A stretch of 41,471 nt of DNA, taken from UHGV virus genome UHGV-0125347. One strand, given 5' to 3'. A program made the position numbers and the translations under genes. This document shows, piece by piece, positions 8,461-17,823 of the stretch. Source of the DNA: a virus. Position 1 is the stretch's first letter, and each line of letters opens with the position of its first letter. The notes below the pieces were generated by a model. It was not told where the DNA came from, did not search any database, and worked only from the letters and a program-made list of their open reading frames with translations.

Positions 8461-9166
8461 ATTCAAGTGCTTCTTCAACTTTCAATTCAGCTGAAATGAA
8501 AAGAGCTGCAGCTGTTAAAAAATCTTTCATATCTTGAATATCTTTATCATTGTGTACTCGAATAAAATGAGTTTCATCATTTCCAATCCAAACAGCAGCT
8601 TTTGCAAGAGTTTGGATTTTAGGAAACTCTGATAGATTTTCATTAATGACTTTTCCTAAAAACTTAGATTTTACTTCTTCTGAAGAATCAGGATTTTGAT
8701 AAATAACATATTCTTTTATCAAGAATTCTATAGATTTTCTAAAGCCTACACCAGCTATTTTATTGAGACCTTGTGATTCGGCTTCCAGAGATTGCTCGTA
8801 AATATCTTTAAATTCAGGAAAAGTATTATTTACAACTGCTGGAAGTGTGTTTTCGAGTTTAACACGATACGTATAAGGAATTTTATCTGCAACCTTTGTA
8901 ATGGTAGAACTATCACTAGTATATTTCTCAAAAGGAAATTCTTGAATATGAAATTTATTACATTCACTTCGTGAACACTTAAGAAAAAGTGCTACAGAAT
9001 TATTCTTATTATCGAATAGTTTTGAAGCCATTGTTTCATACAAAATATGGGCACCAGGTTTACCGCAATGTGGACAAAATTCATCTAAGTCAAATTCTGC
9101 TTTAGAAAGAGTTGTAGTTGATGGATATTTAATGGTGATATTTCTTTTCAAATTAAAGACCTCCAT
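8438..9166 (-). CDS. Zn-ribbon + DUF4145-like (Abi/HEPN-like C-terminal) protein; antisense moron
   Basis: 242 aa on the strand opposite to the whole early module. N-terminal C-x2-C...C-x4-C ribbon (CPHCGK...CSRSECNK). The C-terminal helical domain (AGVGFRKSIEFLIKEY...WIGNDETHF) recalls DUF4145-type domains. Has its own extended -10 (TGATATAAT, revcomp of about 9177-9185) 13 nt before the ATG and no SD. Confidence 0.7.
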   Translation of the reverse strand: MEVFNLKRNITIKYPSTTTLSKAEFDLDEFCPHCGKPGAHILYETMASKLFDNKNNSVALFLKCSRSECNKFHIQEFPFEKYTSDSSTITKVADKIPYTYRVKLENTLPAVVNNTFPEFKDIYEQSLEAESQGLNKIAGVGFRKSIEFLIKEYVIYQNPDSSEEVKSKFLGKVINENLSEFPKIQTLAKAAVWIGNDETHFIRVHNDKDIQDMKDFLTAAALFISAELKVEEALEFTNRPKE

Positions 9167-9207
9167 GAGTTTTTATCTAATTATATCAATAAAGAAAGGA
9201 GAAATCT

Positions 9208-10812
9208 ATGGAACTTAGACCATATCAAAGAGAGGCTCGTTCTGCTGTTCAAAATGAATGGCAGAATAACAAAAAGAAAACATTATTAGTTTTGCCTACA
9301 GGCTGTGGGAAAACGATAGTATTTAGCAAAATCATTGAAGACCGTGTAAGGGCAGGCGAGCGTGTGCTCGTCCTTGCTCATCGTGGTGAATTATTAGATC
9401 AAGCCTCTGACAAATTAGAAAAGTCAACAGGGCTAAAAACAGCAACTGAAAAAGCAGAACAGACTAGTCTAGGCAGTTTTTTAAGAGTAGTTGTTGGTTC
9501 TGTGCAAACTATGCAACGAGAAAAACGTTTAAGTAAGTTTCCACCAGATTATTTTGACACTATAGTAGTCGATGAAGCTCACCACTGTATCAGTGAAGGA
9601 TACCAACGAGTATTAAAACACTTTGATGAATCGAATGTGTTAGGCGTAACCGCAACGCCAGATCGTGGAGACATGAGAAATTTAGGTTCTTATTTTGAAA
9701 GTTTAGCTTATGAATATTCGTTAGTACAAGCCATTAAAGAAGGCTATTTATCACCAATAAAGGCCCTAACTATTCCTTTAAAATTAGATTTATCAGGTGT
9801 AAAACAGCAAACTGGCGATTTCTCTACTAAAGATTTAGGAACGGCATTAGATCCATACTTGGAACAAATTGCTGAAGAAATGGTTAAACACTGCATAAAC
9901 AGGAAAACAGTTGTTTTTTTACCATTAGTTAAAACTTCCAAGAAATTTAGAGATATTTTAAATAGTAAAGGTTTTAGAGCTGCAGAAGTAAATGGAGATT
10001 CAAAGGATCGTCAAGAAATTTTAGAAGATTTCGACAATGACAAATATAACGTACTCTGTAACTCAATGTTACTAACAGAAGGCTGGGATTGTCCTTCGGT
10101 GGATTGTGTAGTCGTTTTAAGACCAACAAAAGTTCGATCCTTATATTCTCAAATGATAGGACGTGGCACACGTTTATTTCCTGGAAAGGAAGAATTATTG
10201 CTTTTAGATTTTTTATGGCACACAGAAAGACATGAGCTATGCCATCCAGCGCATTTGATAGCAAATAGTGATGAAGTAGCTAAAAAAATGACTGAAAACA
10301 TTGAAGAAGCAGGTGCTCAAGGTTTCGCTATGGATATTGAAGAAGCTGAAGTTCAAGCAGAAAAAGATGTTATTGCAGAAAGAGAAGAAGCATTAGCAAA
10401 GCAGCTTGAAGAAATGCGTAAGCGTAAACGAAAATTAGTTGATCCTCTTCAATTTGAAATGTCTATCCAAGCGGAAGATTTAACAGGTTATGTTCCTAGT
10501 TTTGGATGGGAAATGGGGCCGCCTTCAAGTCAACAAGTTTCAGCATTAGAAAAATTAGGAATATTACCAGATGCAATTGATAACGCTGGTAAAGCTAGTC
10601 TAATACTTGATCGATTACAAAAAAGAAAAGAAGCTGGGTTGGCAACACCTAAGCAAATCAGATTATTGGAACAACGTGGATTTAAGAATGTCGGTACATG
10701 GTCCTTTGATGGTGCAAGTAAAATGATTAATCGCATTGCTGCAAATGGATGGAGATTACCAAATGGTATTAATCCAAAAACATATCAAGAAGGTGGTACG
10801 CATGCCGTTTAA
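9208..10812 (+). CDS. SF2 DEAD/DEAH-box DNA helicase
   Basis: Walker A LPTGCGKT, DEAH box VVDEAHH and helicase C motifs (LLTEGWDCP, QMIGRGTR). RBS AAAGGAG. Confidence 0.9.
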   Translation: MELRPYQREARSAVQNEWQNNKKKTLLVLPTGCGKTIVFSKIIEDRVRAGERVLVLAHRGELLDQASDKLEKSTGLKTATEKAEQTSLGSFLRVVVGSVQTMQREKRLSKFPPDYFDTIVVDEAHHCISEGYQRVLKHFDESNVLGVTATPDRGDMRNLGSYFESLAYEYSLVQAIKEGYLSPIKALTIPLKLDLSGVKQQTGDFSTKDLGTALDPYLEQIAEEMVKHCINRKTVVFLPLVKTSKKFRDILNSKGFRAAEVNGDSKDRQEILEDFDNDKYNVLCNSMLLTEGWDCPSVDCVVVLRPTKVRSLYSQMIGRGTRLFPGKEELLLLDFLWHTERHELCHPAHLIANSDEVAKKMTENIEEAGAQGFAMDIEEAEVQAEKDVIAEREEALAKQLEEMRKRKRKLVDPLQFEMSIQAEDLTGYVPSFGWEMGPPSSQQVSALEKLGILPDAIDNAGKASLILDRLQKRKEAGLATPKQIRLLEQRGFKNVGTWSFDGASKMINRIAANGWRLPNGINPKTYQEGGTHAV

Positions 10813-11128
10813 AAACAAACAAATTGAACGGTTAGTTTATATAGTAGAAAACATTCCTGATTGGGAAAATAATCCTACACTTGTTGAAGAGGTAAAAAAG
10901 CTACGTAAGCCTTCACAAGAAGGCATTCATAAGTCGAAGACCAGAATAAGAAACAGGGCAATGGCAAGATATCGTTTATATGAAAATGGTAGTTATGTTA
11001 CTACCCAGTCTATTAATATGCTATCGGAATACACTGGTCTTTCAGAAATATCATTATATCAAATGCTGGATGTTGAGAGAGTAAACCGTGATGGTGTGCG
11101 TAGAAAAATTGAAAGATTGAAAAATTAA
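10802..11128 (+). CDS. Hypothetical protein (possible HTH)
   Basis: ATG at 10802 overlapping the helicase stop. 108 aa. Confidence 0.5.
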   Translation: MPFKNKQIERLVYIVENIPDWENNPTLVEEVKKLRKPSQEGIHKSKTRIRNRAMARYRLYENGSYVTTQSINMLSEYTGLSEISLYQMLDVERVNRDGVRRKIERLKN

Positions 11129-11184
11129 CCAGAAAGGAGTGGAGGTTTGGTCGACCACAGTAAAAAGCTTTTTACTCCTTTGAA

Positions 11185-11937
11185 ATGATGAAATTAAACA
11201 AAATATATAACGAAGATTGCTTAGAAGGAATGAGGCGAATATCAGATAAAAGCATTGACATGATTTTATGCGATCTACCCTATGGAACAACGAGAAATAA
11301 GTGGGATAGTATTATTCCTTTAGATAAACTTTGGCAGCAATATAATCGCATAATTAAAGATAATGGAGCAATCGTTTTAACTGCACAAACGCCGTTTGAC
11401 AAAGTATTAGGCATCTCTAATATATCAAATTTAAGGTATGAATGGATTTGGGAAAAAACAACGGCTACTGGTCATCTAAATGCGAAAAAGATGCCTATGA
11501 AAGCTCATGAGAACATACTGGTCTTTTATAAAAAACTACCAACGTATAATCCGCAGAAAACGATAGGTCATACGCCTGTTAATAACTATACAAAATATCA
11601 AGATGATGGCAGCAATTATGGAAAGACAAAAGTTGGAGTATCTGGTGGTGGTTCTACAGAAAGATATCCAAGAAGCGTTATCAGATTCTCTACGGATAAG
11701 CAAAAATTAGCATTGCACCCAACACAAAAGCCCGTTGCGTTGTTTGAGTATCTGATTCAGACATATACGAATAAAGGTGACATCGTGCTTGATAATTGCA
11801 TTGGTTCAGGTACAACTGCAGTTGCTGCAATTAACACTAATCGTCAGTTCATTGGATTTGAGAAAGAAAAGGAATATTTTGATATTGCTATTGAGCGAAT
11901 TAAGAAAGCGAGTGAAGAAGATGATTCCAAAGTTTAG
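11185..11937 (+). CDS. Orphan DNA amino-methyltransferase (N6-adenine/N4-cytosine, beta class)
   Basis: Motif IV DLPYG (DPPY-type) is N-terminal to motif I FxGSGTT (DNCIGSGTTAVAA). No adjacent restriction gene. Confidence 0.88.
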   Translation: MMKLNKIYNEDCLEGMRRISDKSIDMILCDLPYGTTRNKWDSIIPLDKLWQQYNRIIKDNGAIVLTAQTPFDKVLGISNISNLRYEWIWEKTTATGHLNAKKMPMKAHENILVFYKKLPTYNPQKTIGHTPVNNYTKYQDDGSNYGKTKVGVSGGGSTERYPRSVIRFSTDKQKLALHPTQKPVALFEYLIQTYTNKGDIVLDNCIGSGTTAVAAINTNRQFIGFEKEKEYFDIAIERIKKASEEDDSKV

Positions 11938-12337
11938 AGCGTGGGATACCTACGAAGAAGAAATGCTAGAAAATGTTACACCTTTGTTTGATGACTCAAA
12001 TAGCATGATGGCCATAATTACGGATTTTCAGATTAAAGGCAGTCCTGGTACGTCTGAAATAGAGATAGGAAGCTATGATACAACTTTTAATTGGGATGAA
12101 TTCCCTTATATCCTCATGCAATCAACAGGCTTGAAAGACAAGAACGGAGTTGAAATTTTTGAGGGTGGTATTGGATGGGATGACCATCAAGAAGTGCACG
12201 GACAAGTAATTTTTGAAAATGGTGCATTTAAATACGAGTGGGAAAATATATCTGAGGATTTATTTGAAGTTACCGACGATATTGAGATTGTTGGTAATAT
12301 CTACGAGAATAGTGAGTTATTGGAGGGAACGGAATGA
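11921..12337 (+). CDS. YopX-like protein
   Basis: N-terminal MIPKFRAWD... matches my recollection of YopX-family N-termini. The start is moved to the ATG at 11921. Confidence 0.5.
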   Translation: MIPKFRAWDTYEEEMLENVTPLFDDSNSMMAIITDFQIKGSPGTSEIEIGSYDTTFNWDEFPYILMQSTGLKDKNGVEIFEGGIGWDDHQEVHGQVIFENGAFKYEWENISEDLFEVTDDIEIVGNIYENSELLEGTE

Positions 12338-12495
12338 GCTTTAAAGAAGCTTTCAAAGATGAATATATTGAAATTGACATAAGTAATAACGAAGAAGCAA
12401 AAGCTTTCTTTGAAGAAAATGTATATAAAAGGGAAAGAGAAATAGTAAAGGAGTCAGAGAGCTTTTTTAAATGTATTGAGGAGGTCGCAGAATGA
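12334..12495 (+). CDS. Small hypothetical protein (53 aa)
   Basis: ATGA overlap at both ends couples it to its neighbours. Not in the ORF track (under 60 aa). Confidence 0.35.
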   Translation: MSFKEAFKDEYIEIDISNNEEAKAFFEENVYKREREIVKESESFFKCIEEVAE

Positions 12496-12857
12496 GTGAG
12501 TTGGAAAAGATGGGTAATATTCTTATGGCAACAGCTTTGAATTTTACACACCCAATATTCGAAGATACGTATCCAGAATGGTCAACGGTATGTAACATCG
12601 GGGAAGAGCTAGTCAGAATGGCAAAACCACAACTTAATAAAAATCAGCAGGTTGTGCTTGATTGGTTGAAAGAAAAATATACAGTCACAAATATTGAACC
12701 TATAGAATTATTTTGGAGACTGAGAGTCAATTCTATAAAACCAGACTATCGTGGTAGACCTGTCTATAGAAGTTACAGATATATGTCAAAAATTGGGCAA
12801 TTACAAGTCTTACAAGCGTTTGGCTGTTGGGCCATTGAACAGGAGGAAGCTGAATGA
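12492..12857 (+). CDS. Hypothetical protein
   Basis: 121-aa ORF with an ATGA-coupled start. Confidence 0.55.
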   Translation: MSELEKMGNILMATALNFTHPIFEDTYPEWSTVCNIGEELVRMAKPQLNKNQQVVLDWLKEKYTVTNIEPIELFWRLRVNSIKPDYRGRPVYRSYRYMSKIGQLQVLQAFGCWAIEQEEAE

Positions 12858-13087
12858 GTCTTGAAAAATGCAAAGCATGTTCTGACTATTTCAAATGGGA
12901 TGACGACGTTATACAAGTAGACAATGATTATTACCATAAAGACTGTGTAACGTTATACCCAACCGGCTATTGCGCTTTCCTTTATGAGGACTGTTTAGGA
13001 GAAACGGAAAATGATGATGGTGATATGGCTTTTAATCTTTTGAGTAAGGGTGAGTATATAGATTTGGATGAGGAGGAATCGGAATGA
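12854..13087 (+). CDS. Hypothetical Cys-containing acidic protein
   Basis: 77 aa with CKAC...H..C. Confidence 0.5.
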   Translation: MSLEKCKACSDYFKWDDDVIQVDNDYYHKDCVTLYPTGYCAFLYEDCLGETENDDGDMAFNLLSKGEYIDLDEEESE

Positions 13088-13407
13088 AACTATATCGATA
13101 TGAAAGTTCAAAAAATACTGGACATTGGACAGAAAGTAAAGGACAGGCAAATAAAGAATTCGAAGATGAAAAAGACTACTTAATGGCCGATGAGCCCGAT
13201 GAAGACGAAACAGTAAAATTAGTCTCAATTGAGGTACCTGATGATTTGATAGATGAACTAGAAGATGAATCCAAAGAAGTGAAACAGGCCGTATTAATGC
13301 ATGATCCAGATTGTTTGGACGAAAACCCAAGAGATGATGGCTGGGACTTCGATTATTACGCTGCTTGGTCTGATGGTGTTGAGAAACGCAAGGAGGAAGT
13401 GAAATGA
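13084..13407 (+). CDS. Hypothetical acidic protein
   Basis: 107 aa, D/E-rich. Confidence 0.55.
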   Translation: MKLYRYESSKNTGHWTESKGQANKEFEDEKDYLMADEPDEDETVKLVSIEVPDDLIDELEDESKEVKQAVLMHDPDCLDENPRDDGWDFDYYAAWSDGVEKRKEEVK

Positions 13408-13571
13408 AACAATTAAAAATAAGCTATATAGATTTAGCTGTAATAATTGAAAGCATCTATTACGGAGGAGATGAAGATGTATCTGATACTGAGGACTTAT
13501 TGAAATATTTGCGTAATAACGGACATCTGTCTACTGTTTTAACAGTTTCAAGAGGGATTAGCGATGAATAA
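13404..13571 (+). CDS. Small hypothetical protein (55 aa)
   Basis: ATGA-coupled ORF, not in the ORF track. Confidence 0.35.
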   Translation: MKQLKISYIDLAVIIESIYYGGDEDVSDTEDLLKYLRNNGHLSTVLTVSRGISDE

Positions 13572-13761
13572 ACGTCAAAAAAATAAACAATTAAAAAAAT
13601 GGCTAATTAAAAATGGGTATCCAGACAAAAAAGTAAAACTTTATTGTGTAGAATGCGACAACAGATTAAGTCTTAAAAATGAATACCATAAAAGATATAT
13701 GGTATGTAACGAATTGTGCTATATGCACAGTGTGGGATTTAGTTTGAGTGATTTTCTATGA
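13564..13761 (+). CDS. Hypothetical Cys-rich protein
   Basis: 65 aa with CVEC...CNELC. Confidence 0.5.
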   Translation: MNKRQKNKQLKKWLIKNGYPDKKVKLYCVECDNRLSLKNEYHKRYMVCNELCYMHSVGFSLSDFL

Positions 13762-13779
13762 AAGAATGGAGGAACAGCG

Positions 13780-14019
13780 ATGAATAAACTTAATAATCAA
13801 GAAATAAAAACAAGAATAGAACAAACGTTTCCTGAATTGGTTTTAGGATGGGCAAGTGATACTGGCGTACCAAGTATTTATTCAAAACGACTTTGTCGTG
13901 TAATAGCCTATACGTATCATGGAAAATGGATATTGAAATCTGAAATAAGTGAATATTCCAATCATATTGCAGCTATTATCAATTTGTTGGAACAATGGGA
14001 TGGAAAAAAGGAGAATTAG
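13780..14019 (+). CDS. Hypothetical protein
   Basis: 79 aa. RBS GGAGG. Confidence 0.5.
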   Translation: MNKLNNQEIKTRIEQTFPELVLGWASDTGVPSIYSKRLCRVIAYTYHGKWILKSEISEYSNHIAAIINLLEQWDGKKEN

Positions 14020-14021
14020 CG

Positions 14022-14573
14022 ATGAATAACCAAAAATTGATTGAGAAATGGGAAAGTAAGGAAGGTGTTCCGTCATATGAAATAAGTGCCTTTCCAGTTA
14101 ATCCATCTTTAAATGAAATGTATATTGCAGGTTATGGCGTTGCACGAAAAGAAATCCTAGACGATTTAAAACAACTAGACGAACCGAAAAAAGTCGTGAT
14201 ACCACAAGTTGTGGCTGACTGGGTTAAATATGCTAAAAGACAAGGCTATGGATTTATGCAGTCGTATGATCCAATATATATGTCTTATCCAATTAACGAT
14301 GGCCTTGATAAATGGATAGATGATAATGAAGAGACGTTTGCTCATGCTTGGCTTGACGGCTACGAAGTCGAGAAAGAACCAACGTATGTAATAAGCATTC
14401 CCAACAACAGTTTTTATAAACACTATTTAGCTAGATTTATAAATAATAATTTTGAGAAGCCTGTTTTTAGACACATTGGTGAAGAAGACCCGTTATTTTT
14501 TAAAGACAAAACAAAAGCAACTGTTATTGCTGATTGGGTGAACGGTACGGTTGAGAAGTGGGAGGATCAATAA
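14022..14573 (+). CDS. DUF1642-like phage protein
   Basis: The motif KVVIPQVVADWVKYAK is familiar from DUF1642-type proteins of streptococcal/lactococcal phages (recollection). ATG at 14022 after AAGGAG. Confidence 0.5.
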   Translation: MNNQKLIEKWESKEGVPSYEISAFPVNPSLNEMYIAGYGVARKEILDDLKQLDEPKKVVIPQVVADWVKYAKRQGYGFMQSYDPIYMSYPINDGLDKWIDDNEETFAHAWLDGYEVEKEPTYVISIPNNSFYKHYLARFINNNFEKPVFRHIGEEDPLFFKDKTKATVIADWVNGTVEKWEDQ

Positions 14574-14774
14574 ATGATTAAATTTAAAGAATTCAATACT
14601 CAACCTTACGATGTTCACATTACTGGATTTTTTAAAGATTTAAACAAGAAAAATCCAGGTGATGTTTTTGAATATGTTGACTTGAAATGCGTTGATAGAA
14701 ACTTAGTGATATTAGTTTACCGTCAAACTAATAGAGGGATACGTCAGCTCCAAAATGTACTTAAGGGAGGATAA
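14574..14774 (+). CDS. Hypothetical protein
   Basis: 66 aa. Confidence 0.5.
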   Translation: MIKFKEFNTQPYDVHITGFFKDLNKKNPGDVFEYVDLKCVDRNLVILVYRQTNRGIRQLQNVLKGG

Positions 14775-14777
14775 GCA

Positions 14778-14960
14778 ATGCTAAGTTATCCAGAAGTTTA
14801 TATTTTAGGGCGACAAGTCGACGGCGTTTATGTTGAATACCTGAGAAGAACCTTTTACACATTATCAGATGCTAAACGTAATGCAGATTTTTATAACAAA
14901 CACTACAATGGCGAATGGAAAATTTTAAAATACGGTAGACCAGTAACGATGGAGGTTTAA
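14778..14960 (+). CDS. Hypothetical protein
   Basis: 60 aa. Confidence 0.5.
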   Translation: MLSYPEVYILGRQVDGVYVEYLRRTFYTLSDAKRNADFYNKHYNGEWKILKYGRPVTMEV

Positions 14961-14962
14961 AG

Positions 14963-15193
14963 ATGGATCAAAGTAATTATACAGGCGTAGCAGAGAGCCT
15001 AACTCAAAGTTTTAAAAATTTAGCGGAATCAATTAGAAAAGGATTGGGGATTTTTAGTGAACAAGAGAACCGACGAATTCACTATTTATACAGTAAGGGA
15101 TTTTCTCTTGAAGATGCGAAGATCGTTACTAAGTTGGAAAACGGGTATGCCGTTTCGTACAAAGAGTTAAAACGATTTGCGAAGTTATTATAA
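14963..15193 (+). CDS. Hypothetical protein
   Basis: 76 aa. Confidence 0.5.
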   Translation: MDQSNYTGVAESLTQSFKNLAESIRKGLGIFSEQENRRIHYLYSKGFSLEDAKIVTKLENGYAVSYKELKRFAKLL

Positions 15194-15209
15194 TCAGGAG
15201 GCTGAATAA

Positions 15210-15401
15210 ATGGAAGATGTCTTAATTATACTAGCTTTAGTACTTTACTTTTTGTTAGGCTACATTGTTGGTGAACGTAAATATCTTAAAGCGATAAGAG
15301 CTGCAATTAAATACGAATTGAAATTACCTACAAGTGACTATCAAAAAGGGTGGATTGATTGTTTATATTTCATTCTTAACAGTAACAGAAAGGTCAGATA
15401 G
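15210..15401 (+). CDS. Small membrane protein
   Basis: 63 aa with one TM (ILALVLYFLLGYIV). RBS AGGAGG. Confidence 0.45.
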   Translation: MEDVLIILALVLYFLLGYIVGERKYLKAIRAAIKYELKLPTSDYQKGWIDCLYFILNSNRKVR

Positions 15402-15575
15402 ATGAAAACAGCTGAAGAAGAAATCAACGAATTACTCAGCAAATACAATTTTGATTTAGCGGTTTTAAAGGATATTAACTATAGATTATCTTGCTGTAGA
15501 GAGGAAGCATATGCCAGACAGCAATTGCGATATCTAAAGAATCAAATCATTATGGGGTTTGCGACTGAAAAATAA
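15402..15575 (+). CDS. Small hypothetical protein (57 aa)
   Basis: ATG directly after the upstream TAG. Not in the ORF track. Confidence 0.35.
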   Translation: MKTAEEEINELLSKYNFDLAVLKDINYRLSCCREEAYARQQLRYLKNQIIMGFATEK

Positions 15576-15597
15576 AAAAAGAGAGCTGAACACACAA

Positions 15598-17823
15598 ATG
15601 GAAAACAAGTTAGATTTAATTGAATTACTAGAATACATTGACCCAGCTTCTCTTGGTTACCAGGAGTGGGTCAATGTTGGAATGGCGCTAAAACAGGAAG
15701 GATACACAGCTGTCGATTGGGATCAATGGAGTCAATCAGATAGCCGATATCATTCAGGAGAATGTTTTAAAAAATGGGAGTCTTTTCAAGGAACTTCTTC
15801 ACCAATTACTGGTGCTACAATTACACAGTTGGCCAAAGAAAACGGATGGACTTCGCCATTCAAATCAGGAGATGGTGGTCATGAGCTGGATTGGAATGAT
15901 ACTTTACAAAAAGATGACCTGGTTATCATTGACCGAAATTGGATTGAAGGAAAAGAAATTCAGGAACCTAAGAAGTGGGAGCCAGCGAAAGAAATTATTC
16001 GCTATTTAGAAACATTGTTTGAACCGTCTGAAACAGTGGCTTACAATGTCCAGTCGTGGCAAGACGAAGATGGAAAGTGGAAACCTTCTAACAAAGGTGC
16101 ATATGATAGAACTGCCGGTCAGTTAATCGAAGAATTGACCCATTGCGGGGATGACATTGGAGCAGTACTAGGGGACTATAATGAAGAAGCTGGGGCTTGG
16201 ATTCGTTTTAATCCTATGGATGGAAAAGGCGTAAAAAATGACAATGTAACAGAATTTAGATATGCATTAGTAGAGTCTGACAATATGGGGCTTGAACAAC
16301 AAAATGCTATCATGCGAGAACTAGAGCTTCCTATTGCTGCCATGCTGTATAGTGGAAAGAAATCAATACATGCTATCGTTCGAGTAGATGCAGATAACTA
16401 TGCTGAATATAGAAAGCGTGTTGATTACTTATATGATGTCTGCAAAAAGAATGGGTTAACGAATGATAATCAAAATAGAAATCCTTCTCGTTTAAGCAGA
16501 ATGCCTGGGGTACTGCGTGGAGACAAAAAACAATTTATCATCGATACCAATTTAGGGAAATCTACTTGGGACGAGTGGAAAGAATGGATTGAAAGCGTTA
16601 ATGACGATTTGCCTGATCCAGAAAGCCTAGAAGATTTGTTCGCAAAGCCAATTGAATTAGCACCAGAACTAATTAAAGGCATGCTAAGACAAGGCCATAA
16701 GATGCTTATAGCTGGTCCATCAAAAGCCGGAAAGTCTTTTTCGTTGATACAATTAGCTATTGCAATTGCTGAGGGTCGGCAATGGTTCGGTTTTGATTGC
16801 GAAAAAGGAAAGGTATTATATGTAAACCTTGAGTTAGATGAACGGTCCGCAAAAGTTCGTTTTGTTGACATCTATAAAAAATTAGGTCAGGGCCACTCCA
16901 ATGTATCAAATATTGATATATGGAATTTACGTGGGAAGACAAGTCCAATGGATAAATTGGCGCCTAAGTTGATTAGACGTGCACAGAAATCTAATTACAT
17001 GGCTGTGATTATTGATCCAATCTATAAAGTTCTGACTGGTGATGAAAATAGTGCCCATGAAATGGCTAAGTTTACCAACCAGTTCGATAAAATAGCTACG
17101 GAATTAGATTGTGCAGTAATCTATTGCCATCATCATTCAAAAGGATCGCAAGGAGGTAAAAATTCAATTGATCGTTCAAGTGGTAGCGGAGTATTTGCCA
17201 GGGATCCCGATGCGATTTTAGATTTAATCGAGTTGCCTATTACAGAAGATAGGTATATGGCTTTAGAGAATGAAGCAATTTGTCAAACTTATGAACAAGC
17301 AATAAAAAAATATAATCCATCATATAACGCCATTAGCCAAGATGATGTGTTTAGTACAAAACAAATGGGAATGCACTTAATGAGTGCAATTAAATCTCAA
17401 GCTATTTTACAGGAAGTTGAATTAGAAAGACAAAAGGCAGTTCGTGCAGCTCGACAATGCACGGCTTGGAGAATTGATGGCACGCTTCGGGAATTCCCTA
17501 AGTTTGATCCTATCAATGCCTGGTTCAAATATCCTATTCATGTCCTCGATGATTCATTGAAAGATATTTCGCTAGAAGACAATCCTAAAGAAAACTGGAA
17601 AAAAGGCGTTAGCAAGTCTAATCAATCAAGAAGTGAAAAATCTAAGCAAGAGCTAGAAACAGCGTTCAGTGCATTGTCTATGGATGGTGGACCAGTAGAA
17701 GTTAGTCAGGTTGCAGAATACTTAGATATCGACAAAAGGTCAGTATATCCGAAAGTAAAAAAACACAATGACTTTAAAATTGATGGAGGATACATTCAGA
17801 AATTGGAGAACATTTCAAATTAA
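15598..17823 (+). CDS. Replication protein: primase C-terminal-like domain + Prim-Pol-like domain + P-loop (AAA_25/RepA-like) helicase
   Basis: W...VG.AL primase-CT-like N-terminal region. Walker A GPSKAGKS and Walker B VIIDPI, with the arrangement typical of phage primase-helicases. The track starts at TTG 15559; ATG 15598 is preferred but uncertain. Confidence 0.85.
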   Translation: MENKLDLIELLEYIDPASLGYQEWVNVGMALKQEGYTAVDWDQWSQSDSRYHSGECFKKWESFQGTSSPITGATITQLAKENGWTSPFKSGDGGHELDWNDTLQKDDLVIIDRNWIEGKEIQEPKKWEPAKEIIRYLETLFEPSETVAYNVQSWQDEDGKWKPSNKGAYDRTAGQLIEELTHCGDDIGAVLGDYNEEAGAWIRFNPMDGKGVKNDNVTEFRYALVESDNMGLEQQNAIMRELELPIAAMLYSGKKSIHAIVRVDADNYAEYRKRVDYLYDVCKKNGLTNDNQNRNPSRLSRMPGVLRGDKKQFIIDTNLGKSTWDEWKEWIESVNDDLPDPESLEDLFAKPIELAPELIKGMLRQGHKMLIAGPSKAGKSFSLIQLAIAIAEGRQWFGFDCEKGKVLYVNLELDERSAKVRFVDIYKKLGQGHSNVSNIDIWNLRGKTSPMDKLAPKLIRRAQKSNYMAVIIDPIYKVLTGDENSAHEMAKFTNQFDKIATELDCAVIYCHHHSKGSQGGKNSIDRSSGSGVFARDPDAILDLIELPITEDRYMALENEAICQTYEQAIKKYNPSYNAISQDDVFSTKQMGMHLMSAIKSQAILQEVELERQKAVRAARQCTAWRIDGTLREFPKFDPINAWFKYPIHVLDDSLKDISLEDNPKENWKKGVSKSNQSRSEKSKQELETAFSALSMDGGPVEVSQVAEYLDIDKRSVYPKVKKHNDFKIDGGYIQKLENISN

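Noticed and set aside
8438-9166. Canonical HEPN R-x4-6-H motif in the antisense moron
   Set aside because: Only a degenerate GNDETH stretch was found, so nuclease activity cannot be asserted from sequence alone.
11148-11180. SalI-like palindrome TGGTCGACCA plus an AT-only hairpin before the methyltransferase gene, considered as its target site or terminator
   Set aside because: The stem is entirely A/T and very weak. A single palindrome is not informative.
12270-12551. Minus-strand 93-aa ORF in the early region
   Set aside because: Antisense to tightly packed plus-strand genes. No RBS and implausible composition.
15559-15597. TTG start at 15559 for the primase-helicase and track starts at 3917 (cro), 3329 (ImmA), 5216 (ATPase) and 11777 (YopX-like)
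   Set aside because: Each overlaps the upstream gene or lacks an RBS. Downstream ATGs with Shine-Dalgarno sequences were preferred; the primase start remains uncertain.
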